This document shows positions 26,611 through 38,967 of a stretch of 64,000 nt of DNA, in pieces (position 1 is the stretch's first letter; each line of letters starts with the position of its first letter). The position numbers and the translations under genes are program-made. The DNA is from Octopus vulgaris (taxonomy: Eukaryota), in contig OX597831.1 of assembly GCA_951406725.2 (NCBI GenBank), positions 6,014,001 through 6,078,000 on the forward strand, given 5' to 3'. The notes beneath the pieces are model-generated. The model was not told the origin of the DNA. It did no database searches and was given only the letters and a program-made list of their open reading frames with translations.

Positions 26611-26801
26611 CAACAACAACAGCAACAACATGGAAAAAATACCTTAGGAATGAGAACCCAGGTTCGAAATTTCCCCAAGACACCTGATGAAGGCTGGCGG
26701 GTATATCAGCCGAAATGTTGTGTTAACAACAAACAAGATGAGGACAAATATCCGTTGAATGTAATTAATAATGTACATAATTCCTCATCTCTAAAATATA
26801 G
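26223..26801. mobile_element. H1 palindromic element: tRNA-like head, (AAT)n and hammerhead, in head-to-head inverted copies
   Basis: Centre palindrome GCCATATGCCCATGGGCATATGGC (26510-26533); tRNA-like head on the minus strand at 26445-26520; HHR folds at 26276-26319 (-) and 26679-26724 (+); TSD-like AACCATA(T/C)TCCTACT at 26208-26222 and 26802-26816. Confidence 0.8.
26679..26724 (+). ncRNA. Minimal type I hammerhead ribozyme fold (canonical CUGAUGA core)
   Basis: GACAC CTGATGA A GGCTG-loop-CAGCC GAAA TG TT GTGTT: stem I GACAC/GTGTT, stem II GGCTG/CAGCC, predicted cleavage after GUU at 26719. Confidence 0.75.
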
Positions 26802-27327
26802 AACCATACTCCTACTATCTTCAAATGTAATTTTAGATATACAAAAAAAAAGAAAAAACTGGATGGTCATGACTGGAACATTTAGGATCTCAATCAAGGT
26901 TGACCAGGGCTGTAAATAATCATCACAACAATAGCAGTAAGAGACTCTCAAGAGGACTAAACATCAGAAGGTCTTCAGAGAAGAAACCACCATCAGGCAA
27001 GTATTTCGGCCCTAAACATCTTACACTGTAAGGGAGACAGGCTGCATCCGAGTCATAACTCCTGGCTGCCTTTCTGGTTATCAGAGACTTGTGCATTTAA
27101 ACTGCCAGGAGGTTTTATCTGGTTGTAGCCCCTCTTTGTTGACTCAGCTTTTAAACTTATGCTTAAAGAAGAAATACCACTGGTTGTCATGGTAGCAGTG
27201 AAACGTCATCACTGTCACAATGACTCAGTCAGAGTTATTTTCCCTTATCTCTGTAACATAACACAATGTTTCAGGGTTGGAGAGGAACACTACTGTTTAC
27301 ATCATCATCATCATCATCAGCATCATA

Positions 27328-27614
27328 CTCTTACTCTTTACTTGTTTCAGTCATTTGACTGAGGCCATGCTGGAGCACCGCCTTTAGTTGAGCAGATCGA
27401 CCCCCAGGACTTATTCTTTGTAAGCCTAGTACTTATTCTATTGGTCTCTTTTGCCAAACCGCTAATTTACGGGGACAGAAACACACCAGCATCAGTTGTC
27501 AAGCAATGCTAGGGGGCCAAACACACACACACATACATACATATATATATACACCAGCATCTGTTGTCAAGCGATGGGGGGGGGGCAAACAGAGACACAC
27601 AAACATATACACAC

Positions 27615-27657
<43 letters not shown>

Positions 27658-27826
27658 TATACATATATATGACAGGCTTCTTTCAGTTTCCGTCTACTAA
27701 ATCCACTCACAAGGCTTTGGTCGGCCTGAGGCTATGGTCGAAGACACTTCCCCAAGGTGCCACACAGTGGGACTGAACCCGGAACCATGTGGTTGGTAAG
27801 CAAGTTACTTACCACACAACCACTCC
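27328..27826 (-). mobile_element. SINE family B with an internal tandem duplication
   Basis: ACACCAGCATC.GTTGTCAAGC.ATG..GGGGG.CAAAC occurs twice (about 27483 and 27551). Confidence 0.85.
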
Positions 27827-28112
27827 TATGTCTATTAATCATCATCATCATTTTAATGTCCATTTTTCCGTTCTTGCATAGGATAGACAGGATTTGTTGA
27901 AGCTCACTTTCCACAGTCAGACATCACTCCTAATATCAACTCTCACCTGTTTCCAGGTAATATACTGTTTCCATGAGACCGGACATGTCTTCACGAAAGA
28001 TTGGAAATGAAGTACAGTGCTTCTATGAAAGTGACACTCATTCACAACTACATGTATGATGTCATGACAAGGAGACACAAACACACATATAAATGCACAT
28101 ACATACATACAC

Positions 28113-28198
28113 CATATGCCCACGGGCATATGATGTAGTGGTTAAGAGTGCAGGGTACTAACCACAAGATTTTGAGTTTGGTTTCTGGCAGGGATCTG

Positions 28199-28248
<50 letters not shown>

Positions 28249-28390
28249 CAAAACCAAATATATGGCACCCTAGGCATAACACCAGCATGAACTTCCAACT
28301 TTTTGTCTCTTGAGGTCTCTGGGTGAAACTTGGAGCCAGCTTGTGCAAATGTAAAGCAAAAGTCAAACAAATAATAATAATAATAATAAT

Positions 28391-28433
<43 letters not shown>

Positions 28434-28575
28434 TTGAAAAATACCTTAGGAATGAGAACCCAGGTTCGAAATTTCCCCAAAACACCTGATGAAGGCGGAG
28501 GGTGTATCAGCCAAAACGTGTTAACAACAAACAAGATGAGGACGAATATCCATCAAATGTAAATAATGTAAATAA
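28113..28575 (+). mobile_element. H1 element, single degenerate copy
   Basis: CATATGCCC-AC-GGGCATATG start, tRNA-like head, AAT/AAC repeats and the same body; HHR at 28481-28522 keeps CTGATGA but has GAAA>AAAA. Confidence 0.8.
28250..28370 (+). mobile_element. Insertion in the (AAT)n of H1, probable R4/Dong-like LINE 3' UTR
   Basis: Absent from the other H1 arms and flanked by (AAT)n on both sides. The family call is inferred from the known (TAA)n targeting of Dong elements. Confidence 0.5.
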
Positions 28576-28992
28576 TATATCTATTCATTCTTCATATATT
28601 CTGTGCAATTCAAATGTGAAAAATCTGATTGCTGTTGTTCATTGTCATCAGAAAACACCTCTTCTCTTTAGACAATGTTTCCATTACACATCATTCACTA
28701 GTGTAAAGGGCTTTAAAATACAATACTGTTTTGACCTCAAAGCCTGTCTCCTCAGTGAAAGTTACCCAACTTCACTGATGAGCCTAACAAAAGCACAAAC
28801 TCTTGTTTATATGAATCAGCAAACAAATGATTTACTGTTGTCTGCCAAACAGGTAATAAATCATGGGGTACAGTTAATTACATTGACCCCAACACTTCAT
28901 TTTATTGACTTCCAACTCCCAGTAAAATGAAAGATGCAGCTGACCTCAGCAAAATTTGAACTCAGAATGTAAAGAGCTATAACATATATATT

Positions 28993-29184
28993 CTCTTTTA
29001 CTTGTTTCAGTCATTTGACTGTGGCCATGCTGGAGCACCACCTTTAGTCGAGCAAATCGACCCAGGACTTATTCTTTATAAGCTTAGTACTTATTCTATC
29101 AGTCTTTTTGCTGAACCACTAAGTTACTGGGACGTAAACACACCAGCATCAGTTATCAAGTGATGTTGGGGGGGACAAACACAG

Positions 29185-29253
<69 letters not shown>

Positions 29254-29410
29254 TACGACAGGCTTCTTTCAGTTTCCGTCTACCAAATCCACTCACAAGG
29301 CTTTGGTCGGCCCGAGGCTATAATAGAAGACACTTGCCCAAGGTGCCACACAGTGGGACTGAACCCAGAACCATGTGGTTGGTAAGCAAGCTACTTACCA
29401 CACAGCCACC
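28993..29410 (-). mobile_element. SINE family B, full length
   Basis: Reverse complement of the B consensus. Confidence 0.9.
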
Positions 29411-30701
29411 CCTAAGTCTATATCACAAAATAATTTTTGTCATATGCTCTAACAGTCATCTCAGTCCAATATCTACCCTTGTACAAATATGGTACTTTAA
29501 TGGAAGGTGTAGTATGTACTAAAATGAGGCTGTGTATTTTACTACTAGCTTAAACTAGTTTAGACTAGACAAGGTTGGCGGTGGGGTGAGAGAAGGTATG
29601 AAAAGAATGACCGTATCAAATCAACAGTAGTAGGTCAGTCAGGCAACGCAGACAACTTAAGATATTTAAGGTGTATGTATGCCTCCTACTGTTACTCTGA
29701 ACTCTGTACTGCTTAGTGCTTCCATTGATAAATGACAGAAAGAGTGGGAAAGAGAGGAGGAGGAGGATGTGAAAGAGGCGGGAAAGGAGTGTGACAATTT
29801 AAACTGGTTTGTTGTTTAGCCCCAGGTCAACCTCTGGAATGAGCAAGCCCCTAATGACCAAAGAAGTTATAACCATGATCGGATCATCCCGTCTTTCTTT
29901 TTCTGTTGGATAAAATATGTCTATGATTACATTATTTTTCCAAGAGTGTTCTGGCTTAAGCAGATTTTGTGCGATTTTGTGGGAGATTTGGCTGCTATTT
30001 CTAGTAAGTCGGTCAAATCGTTGGTGACAGCTGAAGGGTTTTAAATCTCTTGAAATTACTTTTCGCGACATTTACAACACAAATTAGCCTCTCAATTCGC
30101 TGGAAAATGGACAGAAAACAACCCATAACTACTTCAACCTCGGAATTCTTTTCCTGTCATTGTGCTTCCACCAGCACCACCACCACAATCACCAACCTCT
30201 ACCCCGCCCAAGAAACGCGAAACAAAATAAAGCACCAACCCCATAGGCCTCTACATAAACCTCCGTACAGAATCTCTCCAGTATTTTATTTTCCTTCGTA
30301 TCCCGCCGTTCAGAGTGCTAGAGCTAATTATATGTGCTCTGACATATGGAAAAAACATGCGCAGTTCTTTAAAAAAAGCCAACTCGTTATTTATTTACTC
30401 AAAACTTTTAAATCTAATGAAATGGCATGGCATTTCCTAAGGAAGATTAGTGTCAGTCAAATGAAATATAGAAATATGGCAAGAGATAACTGACTGTGAA
30501 TATCACAGTGTTTTGATAGAGTTACATCAAGCTATGGTAAGTGGAAACCTGCAACGGGATAAGCGGACAGCAAGAGAAATCTTCAGAGGCAGGACTCCCG
30601 TCAAGTAAATATTTTGGCCCCTTTAGTTATTGATACTCTAAGGGAGTCGGTATCACCTGGGTGATGACTCCTAGGTACCCTACTGCTCTTTTCAAAATAC
30701 T

Positions 30702-30796
30702 GTCTTTGGTGGGGATTGAGCCCGGGACCTACGAGTGATGTTATTTCCCCCAGAACTATAGTACATGTCGCTTTACCACGCGGACTACCGAAAGAC
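30702..30796 (-). pseudogene. tRNA-Tyr-like pseudogene or tRNA-derived element retaining an intron-like insert
   Basis: GTCTTTCGG TAGTCCGCGTGGTAAAGCG ACATGTA CTATAG [16 nt] ATCACTCGT AGGTCCCGGGCTCAATCCCC ACCAAAGAC, followed by TTTT. The ends pair, but the anticodon stem is broken. Confidence 0.5.
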
Positions 30797-31089
30797 CTAG
30801 CGTTGAGGATCTATTTCAAACGGATTTCCCGCCTTCTACTCTCTGTTTAGTGGTTCACAGTGTTCCTTTTCAGCTCCAGCTATCAAGTCTTCTTGTCTTC
30901 TCAGCTGTATCTGACAGGTGTTACATTGTCGATGGTCATTTGTTGTGCACCCGAGTGTAAAAAAATTGACATTTCAGCTGCTGCACAAGGTAGATAACTC
31001 TGTTTCCTTGGTTTCTCTTGAGCCGATAAAGCAGGTGTTAGCGAAGGGACTTGTATGTTGCTAGAAATAGTAACAATACCACCTTCAGA

Positions 31090-31745
31090 ATAAATAATAA
31101 TAATAATAATAATAATTGTGTACAGTGCTCAGGTGCACAACAACTCATCTAAAGTGTATATATAATCAGGTGTAGTTTCGGCGGATTTCGGAAAGCATGA
31201 GGGCCTTAAAGGATGCAGTTGTCATGGCAGTCAACAACTGACGCAGGCAGTTTATTCCATGCTTCAGCAACTCTGAGCGTGAAAAAAATGTTTCCGAAAG
31301 TCATGGGAGCTGTGTTGTTTTCTAACTTTGTAGGCATGTCCACGTGTGTTAGACACATGGAGATCAAAAAGATGTTCAGTGTTGTTGTTGGTGGGGTGGT
31401 TGATAACTTTGTGGGCGTTTACCAAGTCCGTCGCCAGACGCCGGAGCTTCAGTGAATCCATGCCATGGGAAACAAGGCGCTCAGAATATGGTAGGTGTCT
31501 GATGGAGGGTATGCGTTTGGTTGCACGTCTCTGGACAGATTCCAGGAGGTCAATGTTCTGAGCAAGATAGGGATTCCAAACTGATGATGCGAATTCCAAG
31601 TGTGGTCGTACCATAGCTGTATACAGTTTTAAATAGATGGCTGGAGAGCGGCTAACAAAAGTCTTGTTGAGTGATGCCAAGACACCCTCGGCCTTCTTGA
31701 CAATTTTAGAGATATGCTTTGTCCAACGCAAATCACTGCTGAGAT
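31090..31745 (-). mobile_element. CR1-group LINE 3' fragment
   Basis: RWTKHISKIVKKA..YTAMVRPHLEFASSVWNPY..LESVQRRATK..YSERL..TRGH; (ATT)n tail; frameshift near the end. Confidence 0.9.
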
Positions 31746-31884
31746 CCTACATCCTTAAAATTGGAAGATGCAGTGTAAGGTACTTCAAAAAAGGACCGGG
31801 TAATCATAACTTATATGTCTTTGCTCATAGATCCGTGCAACAAGGATTGACTTGGGGTTAAACAGCAACAGTAACCCCCAACAC

Positions 31885-32040
31885 TAGCGGGGGTCACATG
31901 TCAGATGTCGAATGATCAAAGAGCAACATGAAATGAAGTATTTTGCACTCAAGAATACAATGCAATGCCTGGTCGGGGAATCGAACCTACAATCTTGCAA
32001 TTGTGAATGAAACACCTTAACCACTAAGCCATGCACCTTC
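31885..32040 (-). mobile_element. SINE family E, degenerate head
   Basis: GAAGGTGCATGGCTTAGTGGTTAAGG...GGTTCGATTCCCCGACC...TACTTCATTTCATGTTGCTC. Confidence 0.65.
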
Positions 32041-32083
32041 ACACACACACGTGCGTGCACACACACACACACACACACATATA

Positions 32084-32312
32084 TAGGCGAGCTGGCAGAA
32101 ACGTTAGCACGCCGGACAAAATGCTTAGCAGTATTTCGTCTGTCGCTATGTTCTGAGTTCAAATTCTGCTGAGGTCGACTTTGCCTTTCATCCTTTCAGG
32201 GTTGATTAAATAAGTACCAGTTACGCACTGGGATCAATATAATCAACTTAATCCGTTTATCTGTCCTTGTTTGTCCCCTCTGTGTGTAGCCCCTTGTGGG
32301 CAGTAAAGAAAT
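32084..32312 (+). mobile_element. SINE family A, full length
   Basis: GGCGAGCTGGCAGAAACGTTAGC...GTCGACTTTGCCTTTCATCC...CCCCTTGTGGGCAGTAAAGAAATA. Confidence 0.9.
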
Positions 32313-32324
32313 ATATATATATAG

Positions 32325-32495
32325 GTTGAATTTACAAAAAAGCAAAAGACGAAGACAGGTGGTGTAGACAACAAACAGATGTATTAGTATAACACTCAGG
32401 AAACGAAAAAGTCTTTAATGTTTCGAGCCTGCGCTCTTCCACAGAAAGAAACAAGGAGAGAAAATAAAGAATGTGTAATGGCTAGCGATCTATCA
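32325..32495 (-). mobile_element. H2 hammerhead-bearing element
   Basis: Minus strand 32412-32449 reads TCTTT CTGTGGA A GAGC GCAG GCTC GAAA CA TT AAAGA. Confidence 0.75.
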
Positions 32496-33652
32496 TTACA
32501 TACACACTAATTATGTATGTAATGAGAGAGAGAGAGAGAGAAAGATAAACAATGAACGAGATGATAGATAAAGCACATACACATATTTAAATCCACAAGA
32601 ATTTTAGAGAACAAAAAAATATTTTCAAGTAAAAGCTCTTGTTGAATGACATGCAAATAACTCATATTAATTTCAGAATTTCAGCTAGTAAAAATTATTT
32701 TATCAGCTGATAATTTGAACTCTGGTAACACTGTTACTCTGAAGTGGTAACCTCATTCTGCACAACTCATGCCTTCTCTAACTTTTATGTTGCAATTCTG
32801 AACTCTGATCGCATTATGGTCCTCAAACAGATTCTTATGTATGCATAGCCATTCACTTTACAAGTATATACAAGGCTTTGTGGTGCTGGTCGTGTGTTTT
32901 TAAAGCAATCCTCTATTGTGCATTTGCAGTCTTATTCATTTCTAAGTACTTGTAGAACTGGTGTCTCTTCTTTACAAAACTTAATTCAATGTGACATAGA
33001 ACTTAGAGTGGTTGTTTGCTTGTTTGGCTCTGTATATCTCAAACTGCTTGTCTGTCTGTCCGTCTGTCTGTCCGTCTGTCTGTCTGTCTGTCCATCTGTC
33101 TGTCTGTCTGTCAACTTATTTATTTGTCTTGTCCCTATTCAATATATATATAAGGCAGCGAGCTGGAAGAATTATTAGCATGCAGGGCCGGTTTAAGACC
33201 CATAGAGGCCCTTAGCGCTTAAAAAGATTTTGGTGTCCCCATATATAATTCAAAAATATAACCATGATATAAAGTTTTAGTTTCCAAAATGAAACAAAAC
33301 TAACAGTAAAATGGAAAATAATATTTATTTTTATATACTTCCACTTTATTTATACCCCTGATAGAGTAGCCAATGACTAACGTAATCATCGTCACATCAA
33401 CATCGTTTAACGTCTGTTTTTCATGCTAATTTGGGTTGGACGGTTCGACCAGGCTCTGGGAAGCCAGGAGGCTGCACCAGGCTCCAGTCTGATCTGGCAG
33501 TGTTTCTACAGCTGGATGCCCTTCCTAACGCCAACCACTCCAAGAGTGTAGTGGGTGCTTTTTACGTGCCACTGGCACAGGTGCCAAAGGAGGCTGGCAT
33601 TGGCCACAATTGGTTGGTGCTTTTTACGTGTCACACACACACACACTCACAC

Positions 33653-33688
<36 letters not shown>

Positions 33689-33689
<1 letters not shown>

Positions 33690-33967
33690 GAGGCACTATG
33701 GCCCAGTGGTTAGGGCAGCAGACTCACTGTCGTAGTATCGTGTTTATTGAGCAAAAATACCTAAAGCTCCATGAGGCTCCAGCAGGGGTGGTGGCAATCC
33801 CTGCTGTACTCTTTCGCCACAATTTTCTCTCACTCTTTCTTCTGTTGGCCTGCTCTTTTAGCCAGCGGGGTGGCATCATATGAAGGTTAAAACAATGCAA
33901 AGCGCATTGTGACCAGCGATGTGTAGCAACATCTGATAGCCTGGTCGGTCATGGTGATCACGGTGAT
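33689..33967 (+). mobile_element. SINE family C head with tail type iii
   Basis: Matches 16404-16696 in the opposite orientation; deletion in the head. Confidence 0.8.
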
Positions 33968-34105
33968 ATATATATACATAATCCCAATAAGAGGACAAAG
34001 AAATACTTTAGCTCACCTTTAATGATCAATTACTATCATTTCTGTACCAAATGCTGCTTTCAATACCAGTTTACATAAAAGCTGCAATTGAAAATTTATT
34101 TAAAA

Positions 34106-34503
34106 CTAGCAGTATCGCCTGGCGTTGCTCGGGTTTGTAAGGGAAATAACTATATAAGCATTTTTAGAGAGTTATAGCCAAAAAGTAGCAAAAAAAATGC
34201 ATTAAAAATGGAAAAAAAATTATGGTAATTTTTTTTTAAATCATTGACTCATCGTAGACATTTTTAGAGAGTTACTTCCCTTATATAATAGCGAAAAAAT
34301 GCATTAAAATGGAAAAAAATGATGGTAAATTATTTTTAAAATCGTAGACTCATCGTAGATGCGCACTAATACCCAGAAGGGCTCGATGTGAATCACGACT
34401 ATAAGATACCCGGTTTTGGTTAAACTGCACTGCAAAATGTGGGAGTAGTTAGGAATCTAAATCATAGGAGACAGATACACAACTTCACTTTTATCTATAA
34501 AGA
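34106..34503 (-). mobile_element. Non-autonomous Helitron
   Basis: On the minus strand it starts with TC and ends with a CCCGAGCAACGCCAGG hairpin then CGATACTG-CTAG; inserted between A and T with no TSD. Confidence 0.75.
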
Positions 34504-34725
34504 TTTCTGGTTTTTAACATTGAGTGATGCTGTGTAATGTTTAAAACTGCAAACATTATGTAGATTTTTAGTTGAAACTTTTAGCATGAACATGCATGTA
34601 CACACACACACACACATGTGCATGCACACACACACATATATTAATTAGCACATCCAATTTAGCTTAGATGTGTTGTTTATAACACCTTAAACTGCAGCAA
34701 ATATCCCCTCCTTAGAGATTATCTG

Positions 34726-35107
34726 GATTTTTTTACCTTTTGACCAACAGATTTAGAAAATAATTTTTTGTAACTAAACACTTTCAAACTTTGTATACTG
34801 ATAGAATGTGTCATATAAAATATATTTTACTCTTAGCGTTTTTGAGAAAAGTTTATATTTACGAAGTTATTTCATTTTAAAGTTGTCGTATTTCGGTAAT
34901 TTCAACCAATCAATGATGTGTATTCAGCTGGATAAAATTACTGCTGTTGTTTGTCAACAACGAAATAACTTCGTAAATATAAACTTTTCTCAAAAACGCT
35001 AAGAGTAAAAGATGTTTTATATGACACATTCTACCAGTATATGAAGTTTGAAAGTGTTTAGTTACTAAAAATTATTTTCTAAATCTGCCGGTCAAAAGGT
35101 AAGGATG
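34726..35107. mobile_element. Long-TIR MITE related to 1417-2421
   Basis: ~150-bp inverted arms (34726-34873 and 34961-35107); shares TAACTAAACACTTT.AAACTT.GTATACTG.TAGAATGTG with the first MITE. Confidence 0.8.
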
Positions 35108-36832
35108 ACAGTACTAAAAAGGGACAGATAATATCAGCAGATGATATTTCATTGGCCCCAATAGATGGATGGCACTGTTGTATCATGCGATTTCACCACA
35201 TTTCAGTTTATTAGCAACAGACAGTGAAATGGGCTTTCACACGTTTTCTATCTTCCAGATTTATCCACTGGTTTACCAAGAGTCACACTGCTGTACAGTG
35301 GATAGAAATCACGTGACCAGAAAGTGAACTTCTTAAACTCAGCCATGTCTGTATCAGGTGATATGATCTGATTTCTATGTAAGTTTTTAGAAATTTTTTA
35401 CCTGAGAGCATTATGTTTGTTTATTGATCCAGAACATTAGCAATTTGGCATGTCTGCAATATAACACCAAAGTCATTAAAAAAGAGAACTTCAATGAAAG
35501 AAATAATAAAAGGAGCAGTCATTACAATGTAACAATGTAAAAAAGAATTTCACAATAAATATTAGTCCACCAGTGATAGATTCGTCATGCCACTGTGAGA
35601 TCTTTTACCTGGTCACCCAACCTGCGAGAAATAGCACCAACCATATGATCTTTTAAAAGAAAAGCCAAAAGTGCTGGTGATTTTGAGCGAGAGTTTTGAA
35701 CCAGAGTCACCCCACCCTCACTGCTAATAGCATCGACATTATCATTCATTTAGCATCCACTTACTTTTTCATGCTTACATGTGATAGACAGAACTTGTTA
35801 AAGCAGATTTTCTATGGTCAGTTGCCCCTTCTGTCCCCAACCACCACCTGTTTCCAGACAGGTAATATTTTTCCAATGGCAAGAAGACTGCAAACAAACA
35901 GCAAGGCTTGTATGACAGTGATGCTATTTGCCAGCATGATGTCATGAGAAGACAAGGGTACCCCACAAACGCACTCACATCTACACATGCACGTTACCGC
36001 ACACACACACACACACACGTATCATCATCATCATTATTTAACGTCTCTTTTTCCATGCTGGCATGGATATTGGAATTGGCTCCTGTGCAGGTGGCACATA
36101 AAAAGCACCATTTGATCGTGGCCATTGCCAGTACCACCTGACTGGCCCGCATGCCGGTGGCACATAAAAGCACCCACTACACTCTCAGAGTGGTTGGCGT
36201 TAGGAAGGGCATCCAGCTGTAGAAACTCTGCCAAATCAGATTGGAGTCTGGTTCGCCAGACCTCAGTCAAATCATCCAACCCATGCTAGCATGGACAGCG
36301 GACGTTAAATGATGATGATGATGATAAAACTAAAAATAATAACAGTATGCAAATATTAGGTTAAAAAACTCTTTGGACAGACAAAGTTGAAGGCAACTTG
36401 TAGGACACGAACCCACATCTCCTGTAGATATGACAAATTTTCTACCACTGGACCAAAAGCAATCCTTGCACTTTTCTATCCATTTCTAAAAAGTTTATTC
36501 TTACCGATGAGAATTGTAAGATGTTGATGTAAGAGCTACGAAACTCTGAGAATATAAAAAAATACATATATGTGTGTATGGGTATACATATGTATATAAA
36601 AATGTATATCTATCTGTTAATCCATATGTGTGTGTGTGTGTGTGCATATGTGCAGGAGTGGCAGTGTGGTAAGAAGCTTGCTTCGCAACCACATGGTTCT
36701 GGGTTCAATCCCACTGCATGGCCCTTTGAGCTAGTGTCTACTATAGCTTCAGGCCAACCTAAGCCTTGTGAGTGGATTTGGTTGATGGAAACTGAAAGAA
36801 ACTTGTCAAATATATATATGTATATATACAGG

Positions 36833-37930
36833 ACACGATGGGCAAATTTTCACCATGTCATATTTTTAATATCATGCATGAGCATTGTTTGTTTTTGATT
36901 TTATTGACTACACAGTATAGTAGGGTCAGTTGGGCACCATCTGTGAGAAAACCAGCACCGTGACTCCATTCACTCTGCCAGAAATTTGGAAACGACATAC
37001 TGTACTGCTTGGCATTCAACCCGAAAGCTCCAGTACGAACATTTCAGAGTGTTTGGGTGTCAATCTGAGGACAGTGCAGAGGATTCGGAAAGAGTTGGAT
37101 GAGTCTAATGGTGATTATGAAGGTACAGCAGCTCAGAAAACTCACTCTGATATTCTGATAAGAAAAGAACTCCTGAATTTGTTGGTAAGATCTAGGCCAT
37201 GATTGACAACGATCCCTTCAAGCCAATCAGTTCCATCGCCAGGGACATGGGAGAAGCTGAGTTTCTTATTAGACAGGTAGTGCATGGAGGCATTCGGTAT
37301 TCCTCATACAAGATGAGAAAGGACCAATTTTTATCTCAAGACTGCTCTACGAAGCTTTTGTACAAACTCAAGCATCCCCTCCAACTGAGCATGTTTTGGT
37401 TTTACTCAGATGAGAAAAATTTCTGCTAGGATCAGATGGTGAACACACAAAACAACCATTGGTTTGCCATGTCCCCAAAACATATACCAAGAGTGATAAA
37501 AATCAAAAATCCAGTCAACATCATGGTGTCTGGAGTGATCACCAGTTATGGTGACGTTATGGCTCCATTCATCTTTCCACACAGCCTCAGACTGAACATG
37601 GAAGCCTACATCAAGTACCTGGAGGAGGTAGTGCTGCCCTGGGTCAAGGGGGTGGCTACTGGAAGACCCTATGTCTGGCAACAGAAGCCTGGACCTTGCC
37701 ACACAAGCAGGTCATGGCTGTTACACAATTTCTGCGACCACACCACTCCTACCATCTGAGCCCCTAACTCCCCAGACTGCAACCCCCTTGATTATTATGA
37801 GTGAGGCACAATTGAGCAAGAGACCAACAAAACTCCTAATAACACCAAAGATGAACTGAAGGCAAGGATTATGGTAGCATTCACCAACTTAAAGAAGAAG
37901 ACTGTTCAGAAAAGTTGCAGAAGATTCCAA
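36833..37930 (+). mobile_element. Tc1/maT-type transposase remnant
   Basis: HTH (ISECLGVNLRTVQRIRK), FYSDEKNF, IMVSGVI, YVWQQ..PCHTS and PNSPDCNPLDY spread over frameshifts and stops. Confidence 0.85.
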
Positions 37931-37934
37931 AGTG

Positions 37935-38480
37935 ATTGTGTGGTACCTATTTGTTGATATATTTTGATTTTCTGATTTCGTGCAAATGGTTGCAGGCAGT
38001 TTTCTGGCTAACTTGAAGTTCTTTTGCCAGTTCGGGAGTGGTTTTATGTGGATTTTTCTCAATGACAGTCATTAATTAACCAACATTGATGACAGATGGG
38101 CATCCATTATGCTCGCTATCTTCAAGGTTCCGGTCTCCATGGCGAAATCGTTTAAACCATTTTCAAGCTGACCACTCACTGGTCATTTCCCCACCAAACG
38201 TTTCATTGATATCGTGAACAGTTTCAGCTGCTTTGTGTCCTTTTTTGAAGTTGAATAGCAAAATTGCTTGAATATTGCTCTTTGACAGCTCCCTTTCAGA
38301 TGATTGTAAGAACGGTGAGAAAAATATCAATGTTAATTTATTGGTGCATTTGGGTAAGTCTGTGTCTGTATTATCAGACAATTGTGAAGAAATGTTCTAA
38401 AAGAATTTGAAACTCTGCAAAAATCCAGGACAAATTCTTATTGGTTCAAAACATTGCACACTTTTTACTGAATCTGATAT
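37935..38480 (-). mobile_element. Mariner 5' remnant
   Basis: IQAILLFNFKKGHKAAETVHDINETFG..., a Mos1-like N-terminal HTH; truncated. Confidence 0.75.
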
Positions 38481-38600
38481 ATGTACATATATATTTACAC
38501 ACACAAACACACATTTATTTACATATAAACCATTTATTATTTTCAGCTCTCCCACCAATGTTTATATTCTATACTAGTGCATATATATATATATATATAC

Positions 38601-38656
<56 letters not shown>

Positions 38657-38658
<2 letters not shown>

Positions 38659-38856
38659 ATTCGTTAGCTACTGCACGCATTTTTTTCTCTCCTTCTTTCT
38701 GTGTTTTTCTCTCTCTGTGTATCTTTCTGTTGAAGAGCGTAGGCTCGAAACGTTAAAGACTTGTTTTATTTATATTTCCTGAGCGCCATACTAATACAAT
38801 TGTTCGTTTGTTTTCCACCTGCCTTCGTCTTTTGTTTATTTTCATAAAGCTTCCCG

Positions 38857-38858
<2 letters not shown>
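38657..38858 (+). mobile_element. H2 hammerhead-bearing element (best-preserved copy)
   Basis: Flanked by long (TA)n on both sides; contains the HHR fold at 38722-38759. Confidence 0.8.
38722..38759 (+). ncRNA. Minimal type I hammerhead fold with a CUGUUGA (A6U) core
   Basis: TCTTT CTGTTGA A GAGC GTAG GCTC GAAA CG TT AAAGA: 5-bp stem I, 4-bp stem II, self-complementary AACGTT stem III. Confidence 0.7.
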
Positions 38859-38912
<54 letters not shown>

Positions 38913-38915
38913 ATA

Positions 38916-38967
<52 letters not shown>

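Noticed and set aside
28750-28800. CTGATGAG at 28775 within a small hairpin
   Set aside because: No stem II-GAAA arrangement downstream; chance match.
36930-37859. Possible functional or domesticated transposase (also 49193-49960)
   Set aside because: Multiple frameshifts and stops, and loss of the second catalytic Asp.
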